From positions 21,045 through 85,044 of the forward strand of contig CAZZLD010000006.1 in NCBI GenBank assembly GCA_964655075.1: a stretch of DNA of 64,000 nt, written 5' to 3'. Made by a program: the position numbers and the translations under genes. The notes under the pieces are model-generated. The model made no database searches and was not told the origin of the DNA. It saw nothing but the letters and a program-made list of their open reading frames with translations. Every line of letters starts with the position of its first letter. Position 1 is the stretch's first letter. This document shows, piece by piece, positions 1 through 8,900 of the stretch. The stretch comes from an uncultured Candidatus Bathyarchaeia archaeon (lineage in GTDB: Archaea; Thermoproteota; Bathyarchaeia; Bathyarchaeales; Bathyarchaeaceae).

Positions 1-747
1 AAAAAGCTTGAGCACGGCAAGATTTACGATGTTAATGCGCATACTTTGAGTGCTGCGGTTTTGGAGTGCGGCGGGGAACCGCTTAACTTAGGCATCATCG
101 AGGACGAGAAGGATCGGCTTGAAGATGCCTTCCGAATGGCGCTTCGACTGGCTGACGTTGTTGTTAGCTCCGGAGGAGTTTCAGTTGGACCTAAAGACCT
201 CGTTCCGTCCATTCTGAGCGGGTTAGGTGAGCCCGGCGTGATTGTTTGCGGGGTTGCCGTTAAGCCTGGAAAACCGTTAACGGTTGCTTTAGTAGACGGA
301 AAGCCTGTTTTCTCTTTGCCTGGGCACCCCACATCTGCGCTTTTGATGTTCTATCTGATCGTTCGCCCTCTTCTCACGCAGATGGCTGGGAAGCTGGAAG
401 AAGACAGCCTGTTCACAGTTGACGCTATTGCCGCAGAGAAGATGTTTCCAGCGAAGGGACGCCGAACTTTCGTCATGGTGAACCTTGCTCCCGACGGGGC
501 AGGGGAGCTGAAGGCTTCTCCGGTTCCTCTGGGTTTGTCCGGCGCCATAACTACGTTGGCGAAGGCTGACGGCTTCGTTGAGATACCTGATGGACAACAG
601 TTCGTTGATGCCGGAGAACCTGTCACGGTGAATCTATTCAACGCGGAAAACTGGGCTAGAGGCGAGATTGGGAGCCCGCGGTTTTCCCTCGGTTCATTTT
701 GTATTTTTGCACAGCCTTCACTGCTTCTTCTCGCTTGTCGGTTTTGA
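1..747 (+). CDS. moeA: Molybdopterin molybdenumtransferase MoeA, C-terminal part (5' end outside window)
   Basis: The frame is open from base 1 (KKLEHGKIYDVNAH...). MoeA-type motifs are present: SSGGVSVGPKDLV, VAVKPGKPL, SLPGHPTSA. The last ~30 aa look non-homologous and overlap the convergent gene at 656-886. Confidence 0.85.
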   Translation, partial: KKLEHGKIYDVNAHTLSAAVLECGGEPLNLGIIEDEKDRLEDAFRMALRLADVVVSSGGVSVGPKDLVPSILSGLGEPGVIVCGVAVKPGKPLTVALVDGKPVFSLPGHPTSALLMFYLIVRPLLTQMAGKLEEDSLFTVDAIAAEKMFPAKGRRTFVMVNLAPDGAGELKASPVPLGLSGAITTLAKADGFVEIPDGQQFVDAGEPVTVNLFNAENWARGEIGSPRFSLGSFCIFAQPSLLLLACRF

Positions 748-886
748 GCAAGATGCGGATTTTAGCGGCGTCCAAGGACATGTGATAGTTGCATCCGAAG
801 CAGAGGGCGGTTTTTTGGCTGGACTCCGCGTATCTTAGCGCTCCGCATCGGGGACACATAACAACCAAGTACCGCTTCCGAAACAT
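656..886 (-). CDS. Small zinc-ribbon protein, DUF1922-like
   Basis: 76 aa with CPRCG...17 aa...CFGCN in the N-terminal half (YLVVMCPRCGALRYAESSQKTALCFGCNY) and a basic tail. The pattern matches archaeal DUF1922 proteins as I remember them. Confidence 0.6.
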   Translation of the reverse strand: MFRKRYLVVMCPRCGALRYAESSQKTALCFGCNYHMSLDAAKIRILLKTDKREEAVKAVQKYKMNRGKTAGSQSRL

Positions 887-1067
887 CCCAAAGTTTCTCC
901 GCTTACACGTTGAGTAGGCGTGTTTTTAGATTTTATTGACATCTATAATGCTTGAACCTAGGGAAGGCGTACTGATGACGCAAAAAGACCCTATAGTTTC
1001 ATTTGTGGTCAAATAGGCTTCAAATATATTAGGGACTTGTTTTGTATGTTTTGTTGGTGATCAAAGG

Positions 1068-2012
1068 TTGCCGAAGGTGGTTATTATCGGCGCGGGTTTT
1101 GTCGGTTCGTCCTTCGCTTATGCGCTTATGATTCGTGGAATCGCATCTGAGATTGTCCTCGTTGATGTTGATAAGAGGCGGGCTGAAGGGGAGGCTATGG
1201 ACTTGAATCACGGTTTATCTTTTGTTCGACCTGCGAAAATTTGGGCTGGAGACTACGCGGACTGTGAGGGAGCAGACATCGTGGTCATCACCGCGGGACT
1301 TGCGCAGAAACCGGGAGAATCTCGCCTAGCGTTGACGCAGAAAAACTTCGAAATTATGAAGCAAATCGTGTCTCAAGTGACGAAGTATAACTCTGAATGC
1401 ATTTTTCTGGTTGCCACCAACCCTGTAGACGCTATGACTTACGCAGTTTTGAAGCTCTCAGGCTTTTCCGCCGAAAAGGTCATAGGTTCCGGCACCATCC
1501 TGGACACTTCGCGCTTCCGATACGTCTTAGGTGAGTACCTCCGGATTGACACTAGGAACGTTCACGCCTACATCATTGGAGAACACGGCGACAGCGAAGT
1601 GCCCGTTTGGAGCTTGACAAACGTGGCTGGAACTAGACTGAAAGATTACTGTCCGCTGTGCGGCGAGAAGTACGACCCTGTATGGCTTAACAGCATGTTC
1701 CAACAGGTGAAGAACGCCGCTTACAAGATCATAGAGCTTAAAGGAAGAACCCATTACGCCATCGGCTTAGGTTTAACACGCATCGTGGAAAGCATCATGA
1801 GAGACGAGAACGCCATTTTAACGGTTTCCAGCTTGGTGCATGACTATCACGGAGTAAGCGACGTCTGCCTCAGCGTCCCCTCCATAATCAACCGAAAGGG
1901 AATAGGAGGCATCCTCAAGCTTCCACTAACCGAAAACGAGATAAGAGCCCTCCACAAATCGGCAAAAGTACTAAAGGACACCATCAGCGCTTTACAGTTC
2001 ACAGCGGCTTAA
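1068..2012 (+). CDS. ldh: L-lactate dehydrogenase (LDH/MDH superfamily, LDH-type specificity residue)
   Basis: TTG start. Rossmann motif IIGAGFVGSS is present. The substrate loop AGLAQKPGESRL has Gln at the Q102 position (LDH-like MDHs have Arg there). LDTSRFRY and NVHAYIIGEHGDSEVPVWS carry the catalytic His. Confidence 0.85.
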   Translation: MPKVVIIGAGFVGSSFAYALMIRGIASEIVLVDVDKRRAEGEAMDLNHGLSFVRPAKIWAGDYADCEGADIVVITAGLAQKPGESRLALTQKNFEIMKQIVSQVTKYNSECIFLVATNPVDAMTYAVLKLSGFSAEKVIGSGTILDTSRFRYVLGEYLRIDTRNVHAYIIGEHGDSEVPVWSLTNVAGTRLKDYCPLCGEKYDPVWLNSMFQQVKNAAYKIIELKGRTHYAIGLGLTRIVESIMRDENAILTVSSLVHDYHGVSDVCLSVPSIINRKGIGGILKLPLTENEIRALHKSAKVLKDTISALQFTAA

Positions 2013-2075
2013 CAACAACTATTTTAACCCTCGCCCCCCGTAAGCAGAAGTAAAGTTAACGGACGGAGATGCCTA

Positions 2076-2465
2076 ATGGAGAAGACCGAAGCAGTGGTTT
2101 ATACATCCACAAAGATACCGAAACCGAGGAAAGGCAGAGGCTTCAGCCTAAAAGAAATCAAAGACGCAGGATTAACACCTCAAGAAGCCAAAACGCTAGA
2201 ACTGCCGCTTGACACACGGAGAAAAACCTCTCACGCCGAAAACGTTGAAGTGCTCAAGAAAGACTATGGAACCGTGGTTCTGCTCACGGACATCAAGGGC
2301 ATAGGCAAAACCGCCGAGAAAAAACTCGTAGAAGCAGGCATAATAGACGCCTCCGATCTAGTTAACGCGAACTTGAGTGATTTAGCTACGAAGGTTCCGT
2401 ACTCGGAGCAGATGCTGCAGAAATGGCGGACTGAAGCTGAAAAGCTTCTGAAGAAACAAAAGTAG
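2076..2465 (+). CDS. rpl13e: Ribosomal protein eL13 (L13e) core fused to a C-terminal helix-hairpin-helix domain
   Basis: KGRGFSLKEIKDAGL...LPLDTRRKTSHAENVEVLKKDYG parallels eukaryotic RPL13 AGRGFSLEELRVAGI...[23 protein letters not shown]. The C-terminus LTDIKGIGKTAEKKLVEAGIIDASDL is an HhH motif. Confidence 0.75.
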   Translation: MEKTEAVVYTSTKIPKPRKGRGFSLKEIKDAGLTPQEAKTLELPLDTRRKTSHAENVEVLKKDYGTVVLLTDIKGIGKTAEKKLVEAGIIDASDLVNANLSDLATKVPYSEQMLQKWRTEAEKLLKKQK

Positions 2466-2564
2466 CTGTCACTGTTAAAAAACACTCGAACCAGCAGTCC
2501 TTTGCTAAACGAGACGAAAACATCGTAAACGTTATGAGGTTGCCCTTGAAATTATGAAAAGAGT

Positions 2565-3950
2565 GTGAGAAAAATCTTGCAAAAATTTGATGTGATTGTG
2601 GTTGGGGCTGGAACCGCAGGGTGTATGGCTGCCAAAACCGTCGCCGAAGCCGGCTTAAAGCTCTGTTTAATTGACCGGAAAGCGAGGGGAGACATCGGCG
2701 AGAAGGTTTGCGGCGACGCTATCGGAAGGCATCATTTTGACAATTTAGGATTAGCTCCTCCCACAGGAAAAGAGTTAGAACGAACAGTTGAGGGCGTTAA
2801 GATTTATCCTCCTGACGTAAATATGGTTTACAGTGTTAAAGGGGCTGGCGTCTACGGATTCATCATCAATCGAAGGCTTTTCGGACAAAGATTATTAAAA
2901 GATGCACTGAACGCAGGTGCAACCCTTCTTGATTCCGTACAGGTTTTAGAGCCCATAATAGAGAAAGGCTTCGTTGTTGGCATCGAGGCGAGAAACCTGA
3001 AAACAGATGAGAAGATAAGGTTAAACAGCAAGGTGGTGGTGGAAGCCAGCGGTTTTTCAGCGGTCTTAAGGACGAAACTGCCCCCTGAACTAGGCATCGA
3101 AACAAACATCGACAAAGAAGATGTAGCAATTTGCTACCGAGAAATCCGTAAACTGAAAGAGCAAATGGATGAACCCGGGTTCGGCGAAATGTACTTTAAT
3201 CAGGAAAAGGTGCCCGGCGGATACGCTTGGATATTCCCCGAAGGAGAAACCAAGGTTAACGTCGGCTTAGGCGTGGCAATGACCAATGGATTTCCAAGTC
3301 CGAAAAAACAGCTCTACAGCTTCATACTAAACAGACCTCTGTTCAAGGTTTCAACAGTGGTAACTGGCGGCGGAGGACACGTCCCAACTCGAAGATCCCT
3401 CGACTGCACGGTTGGAAACGGAATCATCCTAGCTGGAGACGCAGCCACCCAAGGCAACCCCATCCACGGCGGCGGCATAGGTCCCTCCATGATTGCCGGA
3501 ACCCTCGCCGGAAAAACCATAATTAAAGCCCTAGAAAAAGGAGACATAAGCCGAGAAACGCTTTGGCCCTACCACATTAGATACCTGCAAGCATACGGCG
3601 TAAAGCAGGCTGGTCTCGATGTCTTCCGCCTGTTTCTTCAGAGTCTCAGCAACGACGACTTGAATCAAGGCGTGAAACATCAGCTTATCACGGAGGACGA
3701 CCTTTTAAGGGCAACCTTGGGTGAGGAGATCCGCCTCAATGTAACTGAGAAAGCTCTAAGAGCTTTGAGAGGCTTAAGGAACCTTCGCCTTCTCAGGAAG
3801 TTGCGGGATGGGGTCAGTTTAACGGAAAAAGTGAAGGCTTGGTATCAGAAATATCCAGATTCGCCTGAAGGCTTCGACAAGTGGAGAAACAGAACGCAGA
3901 AAATGTTTAAAGAGGCGGAAACAAAGTTTCAAAGAAGCAAAGCAACCTGA
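2565..3950 (+). CDS. Geranylgeranyl reductase family FAD-dependent oxidoreductase (digeranylgeranylglycerophospholipid reductase-like)
   Basis: GTG start. FAD motif FDVIVVGAGTAGCMAA...LIDRK, followed by CGDAI and GDAA motifs typical of archaeal GGR. 461 aa with a basic helical C-terminal extension. Confidence 0.8.
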   Translation: MRKILQKFDVIVVGAGTAGCMAAKTVAEAGLKLCLIDRKARGDIGEKVCGDAIGRHHFDNLGLAPPTGKELERTVEGVKIYPPDVNMVYSVKGAGVYGFIINRRLFGQRLLKDALNAGATLLDSVQVLEPIIEKGFVVGIEARNLKTDEKIRLNSKVVVEASGFSAVLRTKLPPELGIETNIDKEDVAICYREIRKLKEQMDEPGFGEMYFNQEKVPGGYAWIFPEGETKVNVGLGVAMTNGFPSPKKQLYSFILNRPLFKVSTVVTGGGGHVPTRRSLDCTVGNGIILAGDAATQGNPIHGGGIGPSMIAGTLAGKTIIKALEKGDISRETLWPYHIRYLQAYGVKQAGLDVFRLFLQSLSNDDLNQGVKHQLITEDDLLRATLGEEIRLNVTEKALRALRGLRNLRLLRKLRDGVSLTEKVKAWYQKYPDSPEGFDKWRNRTQKMFKEAETKFQRSKAT

Positions 3951-4021
3951 CGGAGAGGATGTAGAAGCCGCAAACTCCTTATTTAAAAGCTGTATAAGAA
4001 TATATTGGGAGCGAACTCTGC

Positions 4022-4480
4022 ATGCCTAGGGCGGTCGTGCTCTATTATAGCCGTTTCGGGAACACTAAGCAAGCAGCGGAAGCTATATGTAGCGGATTAA
4101 GACGAGGCGGAATCGAAACGGAATGCTTGGACATAAAGGGCGTTAAACCCGAAGACTTAACTCAATACGATGTCCTCATCGTCGGAACGCCGACCCACTA
4201 CGGAGACGCAGCCAAGGAGATGCTGGCTTTTATGGATGCACTGGCACAAATTGAATGGACCGATAAGAAAGCAGCGGCTTTCGACACAAGATATGAAAAC
4301 GAGAAAACTGGCGGTCTAAACACGTTAGAAAAATACGTGAAGAAACTCGGCATGCAGCTTATCACGTCTGGCTTACCTGTTATCTTACCTAAAGGCGACG
4401 CTTGGGGTCCCCTCCGCGACGGAGAGCTGAAAAACTGCCGAGATTTCGGTGAAAAAATCGCCCAAAAAATCATCGCCTAA
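4022..4480 (+). CDS. Flavodoxin
   Basis: 152 aa. AVVLYYSRFGNTKQAAEAI resembles the FMN phosphate loop. LIVGTPTHYGD follows, and the protein has short-chain flavodoxin length. Confidence 0.8.
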   Translation: MPRAVVLYYSRFGNTKQAAEAICSGLRRGGIETECLDIKGVKPEDLTQYDVLIVGTPTHYGDAAKEMLAFMDALAQIEWTDKKAAAFDTRYENEKTGGLNTLEKYVKKLGMQLITSGLPVILPKGDAWGPLRDGELKNCRDFGEKIAQKIIA

Positions 4481-4505
4481 AAACTGCTGGATCCGTGTAT
4501 ATAAC

Positions 4506-5180
4506 GTGCGTCTTGCGGCTTTAGTAACTGGCGGGAAGGACTCCGCCTTAGCGTTACATCGAGCGTTGGAAGAAGGTTATGAGGTTAAGTGCTTAGTTAC
4601 TATGATTCCGAAACGAGAAGACAGCTGGATGTTCCACTATCCTAACATTCACTTAAGCGATCTTTTCTCCGAGGCTGTTGGAATACCCCTAGTTAAAGCC
4701 GAAACCTCCGGCATAAAAGAAAAAGAAGTTGAAGACCTTAAGGAGGTGCTTTCCGCTCTGAAGGTGGACGGGGTGGTCAGCGGAGCCATAGCGTCGCAGT
4801 ACCAGAAGAAGCGAATTGACAGAATCTGCCAAGAGCTGGGCTTGAAGTCCATCGCGCCGCTTTGGCAAGAAAACCCGGTGGAACTGCTGAAGGAACTTGT
4901 CGAGTTGGGATTCATCGCGGTTATCATGGGGGTTTACGCCTACGGCTTCGATTCAAGCTGGCTCGAGAGAAAAATCGACGCAAAAACCGTGGAAGCCCTC
5001 ATCGAGCTAAACCGAAAATACGAAATCTCTCCCGTGGGCGACGGAGGCGAATACGAAACCCTAGTGCTCGACGCACCCTATTTCAAAAAGGAAATTCGAT
5101 TGCTTGAAACCGAGAAGAAATGGGAAAACCACAGCGGATACCTGCTCGTGAAAAAAGCTGAGCTGAAAAACAAACCTTAA
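4506..5180 (+). CDS. dph6: Diphthine--ammonia ligase (Dph6/MJ0570-type ATP pyrophosphatase domain)
   Basis: LAALVTGGKDSALAL PP-loop-like motif. GAIASQYQKKRIDRICQELGLKSIAPLW and GEYETLVLDAP are present. I chose the in-frame GTG at 4506 because the track start at 4449 would overlap the flavodoxin gene and add a low-complexity KKSPKKSSPK leader. Confidence 0.8.
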   Translation: MRLAALVTGGKDSALALHRALEEGYEVKCLVTMIPKREDSWMFHYPNIHLSDLFSEAVGIPLVKAETSGIKEKEVEDLKEVLSALKVDGVVSGAIASQYQKKRIDRICQELGLKSIAPLWQENPVELLKELVELGFIAVIMGVYAYGFDSSWLERKIDAKTVEALIELNRKYEISPVGDGGEYETLVLDAPYFKKEIRLLETEKKWENHSGYLLVKKAELKNKP

Positions 5181-5358
5181 CCAAGCAACTTTTTCAGAAT
5201 GAATAAAACAGTGAAAAAGGCGCCCATGCGCACAATGTTATGTTTGTATCACTACCGAAGCGAAGTTTCCCCTTAATATATTATGTTGTTAATAAGGTTT
5301 ATGGGTTGTCGAAAAGATTTTTATCAAGCATGAGAATACCTAATCATTCTGATGATTT

Positions 5359-6195
5359 ATGAAATCTAGCTATGCCAATGCGTTAAAAGATCTCGATCCA
5401 GAATACAGAAAGATTCTCAAGAGAATTCCTAAGAAAAGCATGCATCCCCGACTTCCTTCAGACTGGCTTCACTGGCAAGTCCTTGAAAGGTTCGCTGTTC
5501 TGAAATACGCTGATATCCATGAAGGAATGACGATTCTTGAGGTTGGTTGTGGCCCTCATGCAATAGCTACAATGGCTTTAGCAGCATTAGTTGGTGAGAA
5601 AGGAAGAGTCTTGGCTCTTGATATTGGTAGATGGAAAGATTTCTGGATAATAGCAAAAGAGAGCAGCATTGCATTCAGGATAATTCCTATACAAGAGGAT
5701 GCAAGGGAATTGCCGTTTCCATTTCCTTGTTTTGACTTGGTAACTTGCGTCCATGGTGTGAGAAGCTTCGATAGCAGAGAATCCATATTGAAAGTCATGA
5801 AAGAGATGTTAAGGGTCACGAAGGAAAGAATTTTCATTGCAGAAAGTTCTCCCATAGCAAAAACCAAGGCTCAAGAAGCTCATCTGGCAATGTACAATTT
5901 AAGACATTCAATTTTCTCAGCTTTAGGACATCCAGAATATGGTGGCATTCACTATTTAACACCAGAAGAACTGAGAACCATTGCCAAGGAAGCAGGAGCA
6001 AAGAAGATAGTTATGGACATAATAGATGTTAGGATGCCTCACCACTTAGCCTATCTTCCGCTTGACTACATTAGAAGGATAAAAAATAAGACAATTCGAG
6101 AAGACCTAGAGAAAAAATGGCATCAAGCTCTCAGAATGTTGGATGAGTATGGCGAGGAACATCCACCTGTAATTTTAATTACTTGCTGGAAGTAA
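5359..6195 (+). CDS. Class I SAM-dependent methyltransferase
   Basis: Motif I ILEVGCGPHAIA and the post-I acidic residue in VLALDI. 278 aa in a visibly AT-richer segment. Confidence 0.7.
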   Translation: MKSSYANALKDLDPEYRKILKRIPKKSMHPRLPSDWLHWQVLERFAVLKYADIHEGMTILEVGCGPHAIATMALAALVGEKGRVLALDIGRWKDFWIIAKESSIAFRIIPIQEDARELPFPFPCFDLVTCVHGVRSFDSRESILKVMKEMLRVTKERIFIAESSPIAKTKAQEAHLAMYNLRHSIFSALGHPEYGGIHYLTPEELRTIAKEAGAKKIVMDIIDVRMPHHLAYLPLDYIRRIKNKTIREDLEKKWHQALRMLDEYGEEHPPVILITCWK

Positions 6196-6388
6196 TACGC
6201 GCGCATTCAATGAAAGCTCAGAATCGTTTTTAACTATGGATAACAATTTGTTTGATTGTAAATGTTTCTTGACCTAAAAGGAACCAGCCCATTGTTTTTC
6301 CTCTAAGATCAAGGGCTTAACTCGGTCAAGATTTCTTGATAAAAAAGGTTTTCTTATAGTGTTTACCACGATATCTTGGTAGAAAGCG

Positions 6389-7276
6389 ATGTCCGGTTTT
6401 GAGGAGGAGCCCTATTCAATCATATTCGCGTCTTTGAAGCATCCTGTTCGCCGTAAGATACTGAGAATGCTGTCAGAGAAGCCGAGGAACTTCTCTGAGC
6501 TACTTGAAGCCCTTGGAATATCTAGTTCCCATTTAACGTATCATCTTGAGAACCTTGGAGAACTCGTTTCCAAGACGGCTGATGGAAAGTACAAGTTATC
6601 CGCATTCGGAGAAGCTGCTGTGACAACCATGAGTAAAGTTGAGGAGGTGCCAAAAATAGCGAGTTCAAAATATTCACCATCATTACCCATAAAGTGGAAA
6701 TCCTTTCTCGTGGTGCTCATGATCGGGCTTGTCATCTTAGCAGGCGTAAGCTATATCCAATATCAGTCTTTGAACAGAGTATCTGCGGAATATGAAAAAC
6801 TAAAGGAGTTAGTTGAACTCGCAGAGACCGAAGGCGTATCGCTGCAATCTAAGTACACTCTCAGAGTCGAAGTTGATAAGGCCGATTTGCAGAGTGAAAT
6901 CCACGGTAACCCGTTCTGCTCTATATACAGTCCATACGATAATTTCACATTGGATCTAGTTTTATCAATAAACAACTCTGAGACGCGTGTGAACGTCCCT
7001 GTGAGCGTGCAAGAGGGAAACGTGTTCGACCGCGGAACCAGTGAGACAGGACCCGTAATTTGGAGTGCAAAATCACTTGAGAATAACACATATTCGGTGC
7101 TGTTACCTTCAAAGGGATGGTATACCATCAGTCTAGTCGGTCCAATAACAAAGTCTGGATATAACGCAATGCTCGTTAAGATGCCGATCACTGAGGACGT
7201 TTATTGTTGGATGTCATTAAGAATAATATACGAAGGAAAATATTCCGCCTTCGTTGTAATACCTACCATCTTCTAA
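6389..7276 (+). CDS. Membrane-tethered ArsR-family wHTH regulator with extracytoplasmic beta-rich domain
   Basis: The N-terminus FASLKHPVRRKILRMLSEKPRNFSELLEALGISSSHLTYHLENL is ArsR/SmtB-type wHTH. A single TM segment (WKSFLVVLMIGLVILAGVSYI) follows, then ~170 aa with no recognisable motif. Confidence 0.7.
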   Translation: MSGFEEEPYSIIFASLKHPVRRKILRMLSEKPRNFSELLEALGISSSHLTYHLENLGELVSKTADGKYKLSAFGEAAVTTMSKVEEVPKIASSKYSPSLPIKWKSFLVVLMIGLVILAGVSYIQYQSLNRVSAEYEKLKELVELAETEGVSLQSKYTLRVEVDKADLQSEIHGNPFCSIYSPYDNFTLDLVLSINNSETRVNVPVSVQEGNVFDRGTSETGPVIWSAKSLENNTYSVLLPSKGWYTISLVGPITKSGYNAMLVKMPITEDVYCWMSLRIIYEGKYSAFVVIPTIF

Positions 7277-7399
7277 ACGTTCTCACCTATCATATCCGTA
7301 GGCGGGCGTTCAGTAGGAACCTCCACAGAGTGACCAAAGCATAAGTAAACATTAATGCATGCGCAGAATGAAACAGACAAATATGAAAAATCTGATTTA

Positions 7400-8764
7400 C
7401 TATTTTCCGTGGATTTTTTCTAGGATTTTTCTTTCCGCAAACTCTGTTAACTGTCTAAGCTTTTCTTTGGTTTTGGCTTCCGCTATCATCTTGATCTGCG
7501 GCTGCGTGTTTGAGGCTCTGATGAGGACCCAGCCTTCCGGTTCGATGATTTTAACTCCGTCTAAGGTAACGGTTTCGTAGCCCGTCCGCCTGATTTCTTC
7601 AGTTAGCTCGTCCACAACCTTGAATTTCCGTTCGTCCGGGCAATCATAAACCTTAACGGGTGTTGCAGGATATCGCGGAATGGAATCCACCAGCTCAGAC
7701 AGGCGCTTATCGGTCTTCGACAGAACCTCAGCCAGCTTCAATGTAGCGAACAGTCCGTCGTCGAAACCGTAAATCTCGGAAAAGTAGAGGTGGCTGCTGA
7801 TTTCTCCTCCAAGCGCGATGTTTTCCTTAATCATTTTGTCCATGACGTAGGCGTGCCCTATGCGGCTCAGAACAGGTTTTCCGCCGTGGGCTTTAACGAC
7901 CTCAGCTACGCTGGAGGAACACGCGACATCGTACAGAATTTTGGCGCCCCTATGCTTCTGCAGGTGATAACGGGCAAGAACAGTCAGTGTGACGTCACCT
8001 GAGAGCACCCTTCCCGTGTTGTCCACGAAAAGCGCGCGGTCACCGTCGCCGTCGTAGCCCACTCCGAAGTCAGCCCCGTTTTCCACTACAACTTTCTTGA
8101 GTTCCCTCAAAGATTCTTCAGTGGGCTCAGGGGAACGCGATGGAAAACTACCGTCAGGCTCAGCGTTTATAGCAACAGCTTCAAGCCCGGCATCCTCGAA
8201 AAGTTCGGGAACCAACAAAGCGCAGGCTCCGTTCCCCGGGTCAAGAGCAACTTTTAGCTTCCTTTCAACTTCCACCTTGCTGAGCACAAACTTGGAATAA
8301 TCGGCGAGAACTTTGCCATACTTCTCCATCTTGCCTCGGACACCAACTTTAAGTTGCCCACTGAGGACTGCTTCCTTAACTTTCTCCATGCCCATGCCCT
8401 CCGCGCACAACAGGCCCTTTTCGCGGCAAAGTTTGAACCCGTTCCACTCTGGAGGGTTATGCGAAGCGGTGACCTGAGCCCCGCCGTCCTTGCCGTAATG
8501 GACTATGGCGAAATAGAACACTGGAGTCGGCAGCATCCCGATTTCCTGCACATTGCAGCCTGCGGAAAGCATCCCTTCGATGAAGGCTTTCTCCAGCACT
8601 TCGCCGCTTAGCCTAACGTCTCTTCCGACCACAAAATCTTTTCCTGCGCCATTCATACACGAAGCGAAAGCGTGACCGATTCTTGTGGCGGTTTCTTCTG
8701 TGAGGTCCTCACCGTAGATTCCTCGGATGTCGTAAGCCCTGAAAATATGCTCCGGAATCTTCAT
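7400..8764 (-). CDS. Phosphoglucosamine mutase / phosphomannomutase (alpha-D-phosphohexomutase family)
   Basis: Active-site loop TASHNPPEWNGFK, metal loop GYDGDGDRALF and sugar loop GGEISSH. 454 aa. Confidence 0.9.
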   Translation of the reverse strand: MKIPEHIFRAYDIRGIYGEDLTEETATRIGHAFASCMNGAGKDFVVGRDVRLSGEVLEKAFIEGMLSAGCNVQEIGMLPTPVFYFAIVHYGKDGGAQVTASHNPPEWNGFKLCREKGLLCAEGMGMEKVKEAVLSGQLKVGVRGKMEKYGKVLADYSKFVLSKVEVERKLKVALDPGNGACALLVPELFEDAGLEAVAINAEPDGSFPSRSPEPTEESLRELKKVVVENGADFGVGYDGDGDRALFVDNTGRVLSGDVTLTVLARYHLQKHRGAKILYDVACSSSVAEVVKAHGGKPVLSRIGHAYVMDKMIKENIALGGEISSHLYFSEIYGFDDGLFATLKLAEVLSKTDKRLSELVDSIPRYPATPVKVYDCPDERKFKVVDELTEEIRRTGYETVTLDGVKIIEPEGWVLIRASNTQPQIKMIAEAKTKEKLRQLTEFAERKILEKIHGK

Positions 8765-8900
8765 GCATATCCCTCATTAGAAATGCTCCTCTTCCATTAT
8801 TAAAATATCGAAATAAACGCTGAAAACAAAAACCGAGTAGAACTGCGGATATTAAGGCTTTTATACAGACTATTGCATTCATACTGTATTCAAACTTTGG

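Noticed and set aside
656-747. 92-nt convergent overlap between the moeA 3' end and the DUF1922-like gene
   Set aside because: It is probably read-through of moeA past its homologous C-terminus (the tail ARGEIGSPRFSLGSF... is not MoeA-like) rather than a functional overlap. I cannot decide between a lost stop codon and a genuine extension, so I treat it as an annotation caveat only.
4449-4505. Upstream extension of the Dph6 ORF (track start 4449)
   Set aside because: It would overlap the flavodoxin 3' end by 32 nt and add a KKSPKKSSPK low-complexity leader. Homology begins right after the in-frame GTG at 4506.
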